Shown here: positions 41,172-51,931 of the stretch, one piece after another
How positions within the stretch are numbered: the stretch's first letter is position 1
Layout of the letters: each line of letters begins with the position of its first letter
The notes under the pieces: model-generated
Database searches by the model: none
What the model was told of the DNA's origin: nothing
What the model saw: only the letters and a program-made list of their open reading frames with translations
Translations under genes and position numbers: made by a program
Assembly: GCA_963794945.1 (NCBI GenBank)
Contig: CAWCFT010000004.1
Coordinates: forward strand, 64,001-128,000
Reading direction: 5' to 3'
Origin: Endomicrobiales bacterium
GTDB lineage: Bacteria > Elusimicrobiota > Endomicrobiia > Endomicrobiales > CAWCFT01
DNA length: 64,000 bases

Positions 41172-42041
41172 TCAGGCGTTCCGCATCTTGTTACTTTTGC
41201 CGGTTTTAAGCTCCGTGCTGTCAGCGATCTTTTTTGTGACTTCCTTTACGATCCAGTCCGGCGTTGAAGCGCCGGCGGTTATTCCGGCTGTTCCCTTTTC
41301 TTTAAACCAGCTCTTTTTAAGCTGGCCCGCTGTCTCGATGAGATATGTTTTGGTGTAACGCCTGCATATCTGGTAAAGCCTCCGTGTGTTTCCGGAGTTT
41401 TTTCCTCCCACGACTATCATAACATCAACTTCTTTTGCCAGCCTGCTAGCCTCCGACTGCCTATCTATTGTCGCGCGGCATATAGTATCGTACGCTTTGA
41501 CCTTTACGCCGCAATGTTTAAGCTCTGCCACGATGCCCTTGAAATTCTCGCGTGCCTGGGTGGTCTGGCTAAGGACCGACACTTCATCGGCCAGCTTGAG
41601 TTTTTTGAGGTCTTTTTTATTCTCAACAACTGCGCACTTGCCTTTTCCGTACGAAACAAGAGCAACCACTTCCGGATGAGTCCTCTCTCCAACTATTATT
41701 ATCTGGCGCGCCGTGCCAGCGAGCTCTTTAACTATCTTCTGTGCGCGCTTGACGAAAGGACATGCCGCATCTACCAGGGTCAGGTCCTTCCGCTCCAGGT
41801 CCTTTCTCAGGCCGGAAGGAATGCCGTGTGTGCGCAGAATCAAAGTTACGCCTTTGAGCTTGCCTGGGCTTTTTACAGGTTTTATACCTTTTCGCTCCAG
41901 TCTTTTAACTTCCTGCGGATTGTGTATCAGCGGGCCGAGCGTATATATCTTTTTGTTCGCTTTAAGCGTTTTGTCGGCCAGGTCAATGGCGCGCCTTACT
42001 CCAAAACAGAACCCCGCTGTCCTCGCGATCTTAATTTTCAT
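41172..42041 (-). CDS. ispH: 4-hydroxy-3-methylbut-2-enyl diphosphate reductase
   Basis: GFCFGVRRA, DAACPFV, TICRAT, AGASTP. Confidence 0.96.
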   Translation of the reverse strand: MKIKIARTAGFCFGVRRAIDLADKTLKANKKIYTLGPLIHNPQEVKRLERKGIKPVKSPGKLKGVTLILRTHGIPSGLRKDLERKDLTLVDAACPFVKRAQKIVKELAGTARQIIIVGERTHPEVVALVSYGKGKCAVVENKKDLKKLKLADEVSVLSQTTQARENFKGIVAELKHCGVKVKAYDTICRATIDRQSEASRLAKEVDVMIVVGGKNSGNTRRLYQICRRYTKTYLIETAGQLKKSWFKEKGTAGITAGASTPDWIVKEVTKKIADSTELKTGKSNKMRNA

Positions 42042-42051
42042 TTATCGGCTC

Positions 42052-42634
42052 TTACTGCAGCTTTTTTATCTCTTCAAGAACAAGCTCAGAGAACTTGCCG
42101 TATGTGTCCCTTGTATAATCTTTTGGAGGCATCACCGGCTTTCCGAATATAACCTTAAGCGCTTTGAATGAACCGAGCTTGCTAGAATTGACCAGTCTAA
42201 CCGGCACAACAGGCGCCTGCGATATACAGGCTATCATGCCGAGGCCAGGCCTTGCTTTTCCAAACCCGCCGTCTTTCGAACGGGTTCCTTCAGGGAATAT
42301 CAGGAGCGGCTCGCCGCTATCAAGGAGCTTGAAAACCTTCCTGAAAGCCGTTATATCCTGTTTCCCCCTGTTTATAGGGAATGCGTTGGTCCTCTTTATA
42401 AGAAAACCGAGCACCGGCATATCAAAAAGCTCCTTTTTGGCCAAAAAATGGAGCAGGCCTGCGCATAGCAGCACCAGTAAGCGGGGGATCAACGTAACTG
42501 GTGTGATTAGGTGCGATGATGACTCCGCCTGAGGACGGTATATTTTCGTGGCCCTCTATCTTCAAACGCCAAAACAATTTAAAGAACACAGAGAAAAGGA
42601 AACGCCCAAAGTAAAAGAGGAGGCTTGTTTTCAC
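42052..42634 (-). CDS. plsC: 1-acyl-sn-glycerol-3-phosphate acyltransferase (frameshift near 42460)
   Basis: NHTSYVD, FLAKKELF, IFPEGTRS. Confidence 0.9.
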
Positions 42635-43315
42635 GGCTTCTTCGCCGCTCTCTTCTTCTTGAACTTTTCTCGTTACGGCTGCGGCTACTTCTTCTATGGT
42701 CATGCTTGTAGTATCTAAAACTACGGCGTCATCTGCTATGGTCAGCGGGCTTTCGTGCCGTGTCTTATCCTTCTCGTCACGCTCGAATATCTGCTGCTTA
42801 ATCTTCTCAAGGTCAACTGCCTCGCCTTTTTTTACTTGTTCCTTATATCTTCTTTTGGCCCGTTCTTCGATGGACGCGTCCAGATAAAATTTATAGCCGG
42901 CATCAGGGAACACCTGCGTGCCGATATCCCGGCCTTCCATGACAACTCCGCCAAGCACGCCCAGGGCCTGTTGTTTTGCCCTGACGATCACCCTCACACC
43001 GCCTATAGCGGCGACTATCTTGGTTTTTGACGATATCTCTTCGGTCCTTATATCACCGCTGACATCTTTGCCGTCAAGCAATACCCTGTACTTTTCCCCG
43101 TCCTGACGCAGCTCTATCTCCGTGCCGGCCGCCATCTCTACAATTTTTTCTTTCGCGCCGAGGTCAATGCCTGCTCTTACCGCTTTTAGGGTCAACGCCC
43201 TGTACATCGCACCGCTGTCAATATATAAGAAACCAAGCCGCCGCGCCGCTATCTTCGCTACCGTCGATTTGCCCGAGCCCGCCGGGCCGTCTATGGCTAC
43301 TATTGGTTTTTTCAT
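42631..43315 (-). CDS. cmk: Cytidylate kinase
   Basis: AIDGPAGSGKST, DSGAMYR, EGRDIGT; 3' end uncertain (probable indel). Confidence 0.93.
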
Positions 43316-44595
43316 AAAGTGATCTCCGCGATCTTTTTTAGAAAATCGGGGAACGAAGTGTTGACGCAATCGGTATCGTTTATCGTTGTTTCGCCTTCTG
43401 CTATAAGCCCTGCCACGGCGAGCGTCATCGCTATGCGATGGTCGCCGTAAGTCTCGACAGATGCCCCCTTGAGCCTCGTGGGGCCTATTATTATGAGGCC
43501 GTCCTCTTTCTCTTCTATATTTGCTCCCATCTTGTTAAGTTCGGTGGTTATGGCCCTTAGCCTGTCGCTTTCCTTGACCCTCAGCTCGCCCGCGCCGGTT
43601 ATCACGCTTTTGCCGTTAGCCTGCGTGGCCGCAAGCACGAGCACAGGTATCTCGTCAACAAGCCTGGGTATAATGTCCTCGTTTATCTCAAAAGACAAAA
43701 GGCCGGAGCTCTCGACTTCGATGTCAACTACCGGCTCGCCCGAAACATCCCGCTGGTTAACAAACTTCAATTTAGCGTTCATCTTTCTGAAAACTTCAAG
43801 TATACCGTCGCGAGTGGGGTTGACCCCAACGTTATTTACTTTTATCTTTGCCGAGCCTGATACAGCGGCGAGCGTCATGAAAAATGCGGCCGATGATATG
43901 TCGCCCGGAACAGTCATATCTTTGCTCGAAAGTTTGGCCGGGCCCCTTACCGATACCTTGAGGCCTTCTACGGTTATGTCCGCGCCCCTGGCTTTGAGCA
44001 TCCTCTCGGTGTGGTCACGCGATTTCGTGGGTTCGGTTACGCTTGTTACGCCTAACGCGCTGAGGCCCGCAAAGAGCACACACGATTTTACCTGCGCGCT
44101 TGCTATAGCGCTCCTGTATTCCAGGGGTTTGAGGGTCGCTGTACCGGTTATCTCAAGAGGAAGGAAATTGTCCTCGCGTGCCGAGATCATGGCTCCCATT
44201 TTTGAGAGTGGCTCGATTATTCTTTTCATGGGCCTTTTTGAAAGGCTCTCGTCGCCTTTGAAGCGCGCCGAAAAAGCATGTCCTGCGAGTATACCTGAAA
44301 GCAGTCTCACCGTCGTGCCGGAATTGCCGGCGTCTATAACCCCGGCTGGAGCTTTCAGCCCTTTTAATCCAACCCCTTCTATAGTCAGGGTTTGCGTGTC
44401 TTTTTTAATTTTTACACCCATGTCCTGGAAAGCTTTGACTGTCCTCATACAGTCCTCTGCTCCAAGGTAGTTTTTGATAACGGACACACCGCTCGATATG
44501 GCGGAAAGGATCACGGCCCTGTGGGTAATGGATTTATCCGCGGGAACCGTTATTTCGCCTTTAAGTTGTCTTACGGGTTTGATGTTCCAGTTCAT
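43312..44595 (-). CDS. aroA: EPSP synthase
   Basis: DKSITHR, SAQVKS, RDHTE, KESDR, DHRIAM. Confidence 0.97.
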   Translation of the reverse strand: MNWNIKPVRQLKGEITVPADKSITHRAVILSAISSGVSVIKNYLGAEDCMRTVKAFQDMGVKIKKDTQTLTIEGVGLKGLKAPAGVIDAGNSGTTVRLLSGILAGHAFSARFKGDESLSKRPMKRIIEPLSKMGAMISAREDNFLPLEITGTATLKPLEYRSAIASAQVKSCVLFAGLSALGVTSVTEPTKSRDHTERMLKARGADITVEGLKVSVRGPAKLSSKDMTVPGDISSAAFFMTLAAVSGSAKIKVNNVGVNPTRDGILEVFRKMNAKLKFVNQRDVSGEPVVDIEVESSGLLSFEINEDIIPRLVDEIPVLVLAATQANGKSVITGAGELRVKESDRLRAITTELNKMGANIEEKEDGLIIIGPTRLKGASVETYGDHRIAMTLAVAGLIAEGETTINDTDCVNTSFPDFLKKIAEITL

Positions 44596-44606
44596 TTTTT
44601 TAGGTG

Positions 44607-44668
44607 TAAGCTATAAGTTATAAGAAAAACTTCTCGATTTTTCGCCTTTTCTTACAGCTTATAGCTTA
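44607..44668. repeat. Heptamer-periodic hairpin (TAAGCTA type)
   Basis: TAAGCTATAAGTTATAAGAAAA / TTTTCTTACAGCTTATAGCTTA, 20 of 22 positions complementary. Confidence 0.8.
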
Positions 44669-45547
44669 AGGCTTATTTTCGAGCAGTTTTTGGCGGGCGG
44701 CTTTTGCTTTCTCGAACTTCTTCTCAAGCTCACCAGGTTTATTTAAAAGATTTTTCGCGTCCTTGAGCTCTGCAATGAATAGGTCGATCGCCTCTGAAAC
44801 ATCTTTCTTGTTTGCATTACAGATTGACGCCCAATCTGACGAATTTGAGCCCGCTATTCTTGTTAGGTCCTTAAACGACCCCGCAGCAAGATTAGGCGCT
44901 GCCGGGACAAACTTCTGGAGCTGTTCCGCCAGAAGGCAGAGCCCGAAGGCCATTATATGCGGCAAATGGCTAATAAGCGCCACAGCCCTGTCATGCTCTT
45001 CTGCCGGCATCTCAACTATATTGGCGCCAGCTCTTTTCCACATCGTCTTTATTTCACCAAAGGCTTTCTTGTTTACGCCTTTTTCTTTTACAAGGACCAC
45101 GGCGGCGCCCTCATATAAACCGGCCCTTGCCGCGCTGATACCGGACTTCTCCGAACCCGCCATCGGGTGAGCGCCGATAAAGACAACGGATTTGAGATTT
45201 GAGATTTGAGATAACGACAAAACCTTATTTACTTGTTTTAATACCGAGCCTTTTACGCTGCCTGCGTCTGTGATCACAGCTCCGTGCTTTATAAAGGGCA
45301 ATATCTTCTTGACCATTGGCGCGATCAAGTGAACCGGTGTGCATATAACTATTATATCAGCGTCTTTAACACCTTCTTTGAGGTCTGTCGTAAAAATATC
45401 TGACGCGCCCATCTTCTTTGCTGTTTTTAGTTTATCGATATTACGGCCAACCGCGGTGACAAAATATTTACTCTTCGCTTTTTTCCTCAGAGCGAGCCCC
45501 AGCGATCCGCCTATCAGCCCAGTGCCTATGATAGATATTTTTTTCAT
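44666..45547 (-). CDS. tyrA: Prephenate dehydrogenase
   Basis: GTGLIGGS, DAGSVK, HPMAGSE, HD...SHLPH, DLTRIA. Confidence 0.94.
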   Translation of the reverse strand: MKKISIIGTGLIGGSLGLALRKKAKSKYFVTAVGRNIDKLKTAKKMGASDIFTTDLKEGVKDADIIVICTPVHLIAPMVKKILPFIKHGAVITDAGSVKGSVLKQVNKVLSLSQISNLKSVVFIGAHPMAGSEKSGISAARAGLYEGAAVVLVKEKGVNKKAFGEIKTMWKRAGANIVEMPAEEHDRAVALISHLPHIMAFGLCLLAEQLQKFVPAAPNLAAGSFKDLTRIAGSNSSDWASICNANKKDVSEAIDLFIAELKDAKNLLNKPGELEKKFEKAKAARQKLLENKP

Positions 45548-46561
45548 TTATATATTTCTTCCTAGAGCACCTGCTAGTATTTCTAATTCTCTCATGAGTT
45601 TAGCGAACTGCTCCGGCAGCAGGCTCTGCCGACCATCGGATAGCGCCTCTTCGGGCCTCGGGTGAACTTCCAGTATCAAACCGTCGGCGCCAGCCGCGAC
45701 AGAAGCCTTTGCCATGGTCGCCACGTGTTCCCTGATGCCAATGCCGTGCGAAGGGTCTACCACCACGGGTAGATGGGTCAGTTTTTTCAGCACCGGCACG
45801 GCGTTTAGATCGAGAGTGAACCTGGTGGCATCCTCAAAAGTTCTTATTCCTCTTTCGCAGAGGATGACATTATAGTTGCCCTGGGACAAAATGTATTCGG
45901 CCGAGAGCAGAAGCTCTTTAATAGTCGTCGCCATACCCCTTTTAAGTAGCACTGGCTTTCTCTGTTTTCCTGCTTCCTTGAGAAGGTCATAGTTCTGCAC
46001 GTTGCGCGCGCCTATCTGGACGATGTCGCAATATTTTGCCACAAGATGAACCTGGCTTGTCGTCATCGCTTCGCTTATGGTCGGCATGCCTGTACGCTTC
46101 TTTACCTCCGCGAGGTATTTGAGCCCCTTTTCGCCAAGCCCTTGAAATGTGTAAGGCGAGCTCCTGGGCTTGAATGCCCCGCCGCGGAATATCGCCGCGC
46201 CGGAATCCCCAACAAGTTTCGCTGTCTCAAGCGCGGTCTCCCTGCTTTCAACCGCACAGGGCCCAGCCATTATGATTATCTTTTCCGAACCTATCTTTAT
46301 TCCGCACACGTCCACTACCGTGTTCTCTTTTTTAAATTCCCGGCTGGCGAGCTTGTAAGGCTTTTCTATTTCGCTGATGTGGTCTACTGTTTCCATAGCC
46401 TCAAAAGTATCGCGGTATCGCTCTGCACGCTCACCTATCATACCTATTATTGTAACATCCACCCCGCGCGAAACGTGGGGCCTGTAGCCCAGGGCCTTAA
46501 CCTTCTTTATGACCTTGTCTACCGCTTTGCCGCTTGAACCGCTCTTTAGTGTAAGTATCAT
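45548..46561 (-). CDS. aroF: DAHP synthase, type I-beta
   Basis: [27 protein letters not shown]. Confidence 0.95.
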   Translation of the reverse strand: MILTLKSGSSGKAVDKVIKKVKALGYRPHVSRGVDVTIIGMIGERAERYRDTFEAMETVDHISEIEKPYKLASREFKKENTVVDVCGIKIGSEKIIIMAGPCAVESRETALETAKLVGDSGAAIFRGGAFKPRSSPYTFQGLGEKGLKYLAEVKKRTGMPTISEAMTTSQVHLVAKYCDIVQIGARNVQNYDLLKEAGKQRKPVLLKRGMATTIKELLLSAEYILSQGNYNVILCERGIRTFEDATRFTLDLNAVPVLKKLTHLPVVVDPSHGIGIREHVATMAKASVAAGADGLILEVHPRPEEALSDGRQSLLPEQFAKLMRELEILAGALGRNI

Positions 46562-46585
46562 TTTCTCTCCAGTATTATATTTCGC

Positions 46586-47710
46586 CTATTTTTTAAGCAG
46601 TTTCTTTACTGCTCTCAGGAACGCCTTATTCTCTGCCGGCAGGCCTATGCTTACCCTTACGAAATTTGGTAGTTCGTATTCATCCATGGCTCGCACTATC
46701 ACGCCAAGCCTCAGCAATTTTTCGAAAACCTCTTTTCCGGAAAACGGTTTTATCTCCATGAGAACGAAGTTAGCCGCGGATCTGATGAACGGTATCTCCA
46801 GCTTCTTTAGTTCCTTATAAAGCGCCTCTTTTTCTTTCGCCACAAGAACCGTCCCTTTCTTTACTTGTGAGGCGTCTGCGATACTGGCAGCGCCTGCGGC
46901 CTGTACAAGCGAGTTCAGGTTGAAAGGCGGGCGTATCCTGTCTATGTAGTCGACAATATCCCTCGAAGCAAATCCGTATCCCGCGCGAAGCCCGGCCAGA
47001 GCGTAAACCTTCGAAAATGTCCGAAGTATCACGAGGTTAGGGTACTTGCTGAGATAATTTATCGTTTCCGGATAATTCTTCTCCAGCCTGCCGTACTCAT
47101 AATATGCCTCGTCCATTATCACCAGCGGGGGTATCGAGAGCGATAAGGAAAGCAATCGGGCAAGGAATGCCTCGAACTCGGCTTTCGTGTTGTATGTGCC
47201 AGTCGGATTATTCGGGTTCGCTATGAATATAGCCTTTGTACTTCCGTTGACCGCGTCCGCCATGGCGTCAAGATCGTGTGTATAGTTCTTCATCGGGATG
47301 CTGACGACTTTTGAGTTCATAAGCTTGCCCGCCATCTTGTAGCGGATAAAGGCGTGATCCGAAATAATTATCTCATCCTCGGGGTTGAAGAAGAGTTTGG
47401 CAAGGAGCTCGATGATCTCATCTGACCCGGCACCTACTACAATATTCTCGGGCTTTATCCCGTATTTACGGCTTACGGCCTGTTTGAGCTCAAATGAATT
47501 CGAATCCGGGTAGAAAAATACATTCTTCAAAGCGTTCTTCATTGCCGCTATTGCCTTTTTAGACGGGCCTAGCGGATTTTCGTTTGATGCGAGCTTTACG
47601 ACTTTTTTTAGCCCTAGTTCGCGCTTTATAGTTTCGACAGGCTTCCCGGCTACGTACGGCTCAAACCCGGCACAGCAAGGCCTTATCATTTTATCGATTT
47701 TAGAATCCAT
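46586..47710 (-). CDS. hisC: Histidinol-phosphate/aromatic aminotransferase
   Basis: LASNENP, NPNNPTG, DEAY, RTFSKVYALAGLR. Confidence 0.95.
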   Translation of the reverse strand: MDSKIDKMIRPCCAGFEPYVAGKPVETIKRELGLKKVVKLASNENPLGPSKKAIAAMKNALKNVFFYPDSNSFELKQAVSRKYGIKPENIVVGAGSDEIIELLAKLFFNPEDEIIISDHAFIRYKMAGKLMNSKVVSIPMKNYTHDLDAMADAVNGSTKAIFIANPNNPTGTYNTKAEFEAFLARLLSLSLSIPPLVIMDEAYYEYGRLEKNYPETINYLSKYPNLVILRTFSKVYALAGLRAGYGFASRDIVDYIDRIRPPFNLNSLVQAAGAASIADASQVKKGTVLVAKEKEALYKELKKLEIPFIRSAANFVLMEIKPFSGKEVFEKLLRLGVIVRAMDEYELPNFVRVSIGLPAENKAFLRAVKKLLKK

Positions 47711-47749
47711 TTTATCCTCTTTGTCTTATTGAAATTATGTTATCTGGCA

Positions 47750-48816
47750 TTAATCGGCTTTCGGGTACGAGCCGAGTATCTTAAGGAACATGCAGTTCTT
47801 CTCAAGTTGTTCTAGAGCCTGTTGAACGCCCTTATCCGACACGTGCCCCAAGAAATCTACGAAGAAAATATATTCCCACGCTTTTTTCTTGGTCGGGCGC
47901 GACTCTATCTTTGTCAGATTGATGCGGTGCCCCTTAAATGACATCAGCATATCATGCAAGGCTCCGACCTTATCCTTTATTGAGAACATGATCGATGTTT
48001 TGTCCTCGCCTGACGCTTCCGAAGGCGTCTTGCCTATGACAAGAAAGCGCGTAAAATTCTCTTTCGAGTCTTCTATGCCGCTTACCACTATATCCAGGCT
48101 GTAAAGTGCTGCGCAGCCCTAGAACCTATAGCCGCGGCGCCTTTTTCCGTAGCGGCGCGTTTAGACGCGGCCGCTGTGGAGGACACTTCTACCACGGGAA
48201 CACCCGGCAGGTTCTCTTCAAGCCAGTTCCTGCACTGGGCAAGCGGCTGGTAGTGCGAGTATACTTTCTTTATGTCCTTTTTATTGCCGGTTTTAGAAAG
48301 AAGGCATTCCTCTATCTGCATATTGATTTCGGAGCAGATGACTAGGTCCGATTCGAAGAACATGTCGAGTGTGTGGTTTACAACGCCTTCGGTGGAATTC
48401 TCTATGGGAACTACGCCGTAACCGGCGCGGCCCTTCTCCACTTCAGTGAAAACATCTGCTATCGATTTAACCGGGACGTAATCGCCTGAAGAGCCGAAAT
48501 TCTTCATGGCCGCGAGGTGAGTAAAGGTTCCCGCGGGCCCAAAATAAGCAACCTTGAGCTTTGACTCCAAGCTCCTGCAGGCGTTTATTATCTCTCTGTA
48601 TATGGCGTCAACGGATTCCGGGCCCAGAGGGCCCTTACAGCGTTTTACTAGCCCGGATATTATCTGCTTTTCCCTGTGCGGTATATAAAAATTCCTGAGC
48701 CCGGACTTGATCTTGATCTTTCCAACTTCCACAACTAGCTTCGCCCTCGAGTTTAAAAGTTCTAATGTTTTCGAATCAATTTCATCGATTTTTTTACGTA
48801 GGCTTTCGATTTCCAT
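47750..48816 (-). CDS. pheA: Chorismate mutase/prephenate dehydratase (frameshift near 48110)
   Basis: LRKKIDEID, PIENSTEG, NFTRF, IESRP, LGSYP. Confidence 0.93.
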
Positions 48817-48852
48817 TTGTTCCTCGATTGTATTTTATATGGTCCGAAATCT

Positions 48853-49515
48853 CTAAAATGTCACCAGTGACATGATCCTTGACGAAGTCCCGTCTTTCCT
48901 GTAAGAAAAGAATAGGTCTGGTTCATGCATTGTGCACCTTCCGCTGTCATTTATGTTATTTACACCCGCGGTTTTCAACTGTTTTACGGTTTCGCGGGTC
49001 AAATCAAAATTAGTATCTGTTGGAGCGAGGCCGAAAGCCTGCTTCACCTCTTCCCCGATCGTATAGCAGTCTTTGCAGATGTGCGGCCCTATCGAGGCAG
49101 ACGCCTGGGACGCTTCCAAACCGAATTTCTTTGACATTAGCTTGATCGTCTCCGGTATTATGCCCGCTTTAAGCCCCCGCCATCCGGCGTGGACCACCGC
49201 AACAGCCTTGTCTTTTACACCTATAAAGACCGGTACGCAGTCTGCAGTAAATACCGCCAGCGAAAGGCCTTTTTCTCCTGTTATGAGCGCGTCAGTGCTG
49301 TCTAACACTTTACCGGCATCGCCCGCTGACACTGTCGCAGCGTGTTTTCCGTGTATCTGTTTTGCGAGCACAATTGAGGCAGATTCAATATTTTTTAAAG
49401 AACAAACATTTTTTCTATTAGGCTCGTCCTTCATGTCACCCAAGCCTCTTGTGGTCACGAGGTTGAAGAAAGGAAAAGCATCGTCATATAAAAAATTGTC
49501 TTTTAAGATCCACAT
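48853..49515 (-). CDS. pgeF: YfiH/PgeF-family protein
   Basis: QIHG, TADCVP, HAGWRG, IGPHI, FFSYR. Confidence 0.9.
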   Translation of the reverse strand: MWILKDNFLYDDAFPFFNLVTTRGLGDMKDEPNRKNVCSLKNIESASIVLAKQIHGKHAATVSAGDAGKVLDSTDALITGEKGLSLAVFTADCVPVFIGVKDKAVAVVHAGWRGLKAGIIPETIKLMSKKFGLEASQASASIGPHICKDCYTIGEEVKQAFGLAPTDTNFDLTRETVKQLKTAGVNNINDSGRCTMHEPDLFFSYRKDGTSSRIMSLVTF

Positions 49516-49527
49516 AATTCATGTTTC

Positions 49528-49603
49528 TAGTTATGAGTTTTGAGTTTCAGGCAAAGGCAATACTAGATTTAGGTGTTAACTCGGGACTCAAAACCCGAAA
49601 CTA
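49528..49603. repeat. Heptamer-periodic imperfect hairpin
   Basis: TAGTTATGAGTTTTGAGTTTCAG mirrored by AACTCGGGACTCAAAACCCGAAACTA. Confidence 0.65.
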
Positions 49604-49611
49604 TATTTATA

Positions 49612-50712
49612 CTATTTTTCAAAGAATGTACTGTGCGCGTCTTCCGTACTTGTCTGGATGCCCCTGATGGTTAGCATTAGTTCTTCTGGGTTCGTTGCCG
49701 CGTTCAAGGCGTCTTCGAGTTTGATATCGCCGTTCTGGAACAATTTAATGAGCGCCTGGTTGAAAGTCTGCATACCGTAGTACTGCCCCTGTTTCATCAG
49801 GTTGACAACTTCGCTCAGATTGTTCTCTTCTATCATCTTCTTCACGAGAGGCGTCACTACCAGTACTTCTACAGCCGGCACCCTGCCGGTCCCGGACGAA
49901 TGCGGGAGCAACCTTTGTGATATAACGGCTTTCAGCGTATCCGCCAGCAAATACCTTGTCTGTTCTTGCTGGTGCGGAGGAAAAAGATCCACAATGCGGT
50001 TTATACTCTGCGCCGCATTCACCGTGTGCAGCGTTGAGAATACCAGGTGGCCGGTTTGCGCTGCCGTAATTGCCGTGGCAACTGTATCGAGGTCGCGCAT
50101 CTCGCCTAAAAGTATAACGTCAGGATCCTGCCTGACAACGTTCCTTAGGGCATCGAGATACGTCAGCGTGTCAAACCCGAGTTCCCTCTGGCTTATTATG
50201 GATTTCTTGTCTCCGTGAATGAACTCGATCGGGTCCTCAATGGTTATTATGTTCGCGGCTCTTGTAGTGTTGACGTGGTTTACCATCGCCGCGAGCGTGC
50301 TGGACTTGCCGCAGCCGGTCGTCCCGGTTACGAGCACAAGCCCCCTCTGGTTATCCGCTATCTGTGATATGACAGGCGGCAATTTCAACCCCTGTATATC
50401 GGGAATAACCGATGGTATGACCCTCATGGCCATGTTCGTTGTGCCTCTCTGCCTGAAAATATTTATCCTGAAACGGCCCAGCCCCTCATCGAACGTGTAG
50501 GCGAGATCGACTTCATGTCGCTGTTTGAATATATCTTTTTGTTCGTCATTCATTAAACCGTTGGCAAGCACGGCCATCTCTTCCACGCTCATGACTTTTT
50601 TCATCGGGTAAAGTTTGCCGTCAACGCGCAAGACCGCCGGCCCGCCGGACCTTAGATGTAGGTCGGAAGCATTCTGCTCCATCATTTCTTTCAAAAGCGG
50701 TTTAATGTCCAT
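49612..50712 (-). CDS. pilT: PilT/PilU type IV pilus retraction ATPase
   Basis: ASDLHL, GTTGCGKSST, EDPIE, RQDPD, GHLVFSTLH, GMQTF. Confidence 0.92.
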   Translation of the reverse strand: MDIKPLLKEMMEQNASDLHLRSGGPAVLRVDGKLYPMKKVMSVEEMAVLANGLMNDEQKDIFKQRHEVDLAYTFDEGLGRFRINIFRQRGTTNMAMRVIPSVIPDIQGLKLPPVISQIADNQRGLVLVTGTTGCGKSSTLAAMVNHVNTTRAANIITIEDPIEFIHGDKKSIISQRELGFDTLTYLDALRNVVRQDPDVILLGEMRDLDTVATAITAAQTGHLVFSTLHTVNAAQSINRIVDLFPPHQQEQTRYLLADTLKAVISQRLLPHSSGTGRVPAVEVLVVTPLVKKMIEENNLSEVVNLMKQGQYYGMQTFNQALIKLFQNGDIKLEDALNAATNPEELMLTIRGIQTSTEDAHSTFFEK

Positions 50713-50739
50713 TGTTACCTCAGTGCAAAAACCTTCGCG

Positions 50740-51815
50740 CTACTTAAGTTTCTGCGGCCGCCAGTATGTGTACGCCGGCCTGTTAAAATCTATCGGCCCG
50801 GATTTTTCTTCGGGCGTGTTTTTTTCTCCCATGGTTTTCTTCGGCTGTTTGCGCACCGGAAAGCCGGTGGCTATGACCGTTATCTTTATTCTGTCGTCGA
50901 GGTTCGGGTCTATAACCTGCCCGTAGAACATGTGGGCCTCAGGTGACACCGATTCCTTGATCAACGTCATGGCTTCCCTAACTTCCATCATTGAAGTGGA
51001 CCTGTTGCCGGTTATATTGACCAGTACGCCTTTGGCGCCGTCAATAGAGATGTCGTCTAATAGCGGGCTCGAAATTGAGCGCCTGGCGGCGTCTATGGCA
51101 CGGGTGGGCCCCGAGCTTTCGCCGATACCCATGAGCGCTTCTCCTGCGCCCTGCATGATAGTCCTGACATCGGCGAAGTCAACGTTAATTTCGCCCGGCG
51201 TCGTTATGACATCCGATATTGCCTGTACCGCCTGGCGAAGGACGTCGTCTACTATCCTGAAAGCATCCTCTATGGGTGTCTTGTCATCAACTATAGTGAA
51301 CAGTTTTTCGTTCGGTATAACTATAAGCGTGTCGGTGAAGTTACGCAGGTTCTTTATTCCCTCTTCCGCCTGCAGGAGCCTTATCCTGTGCTCGAACTCA
51401 AAGGGCTTCGTTACAACGCCGACAGTGAGAATACCAAGCGACCTCGCCACCGATGCGATTATAGGAGCGGCTCCCGTGCCTGTGCCACCGCCCATGCCAG
51501 CGGTGATGAATACCATGTCGGTTCCCTGGAGCATCTCCTTTATTCTTTCGCGGCTTCTTCCGCAGCCTGTTGTCCGATGGTAGGGTTTCCGCCGACCCCG
51601 AGGCCCCGTGATATCTGTTCGCCTATCTGGATCCTTACCGGAGCGACAGAGCGCCTCAGCGCCTGCACGTCGGTGTTGATGGTTACGAACTCTATACCAT
51701 GGATGCCGGCCGCGATCATGCGGTTGACGGCGTTCGAACCGCCGCCGCCGACCCCCACAACTTTTAGTACAGCCGGATGTTCGGCATGTTCGTCCGCGAT
51801 TTTTATCCTGATCAT
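50740..51815 (-). CDS. ftsZ: Cell division protein FtsZ (frameshift near 51555)
   Basis: [28 protein letters not shown]-terminal core-like PAY tail. Confidence 0.96.
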
Positions 51816-51824
51816 GTTTTACCT

Positions 51825-51923
51825 CTATAAGCTTTAAGCTATAAGCTCTAAGCCGTAAGAATAGACCTCAAAATCAAACGTTACTTTATGCCTTTTCTTA
51901 CAGCTTACCGCTTACAACTTATA
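51825..51923. repeat. Heptamer-periodic hairpin (TAAGCTA type)
   Basis: CTATAAG CTTTAAG CTATAAG CTCTAAG CCGTAAG mirrored by CTTACAG CTTACCG CTTACAA CTTATAT; shares GCCTTTTCTTACAGCTTA with the 44607 copy. Confidence 0.8.
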
Positions 51924-51931
51924 TCTGATTT

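Noticed and set aside
42422..43369. Apparent Cmk-PlsC fusion ORF
   Set aside because: A shifted frame gives a natural Cmk end (EKFKKKRAAKKP-stop) whose TGA overlaps the plsC GTG (GTGA at 42634-42631); one indel error explains the fusion
39374..44470. Long antisense ORFs (e.g. 39374-40336, 40376-41110, 43469-44470)
   Set aside because: Shadows of rpsA and aroA codon usage; no motifs or RBS
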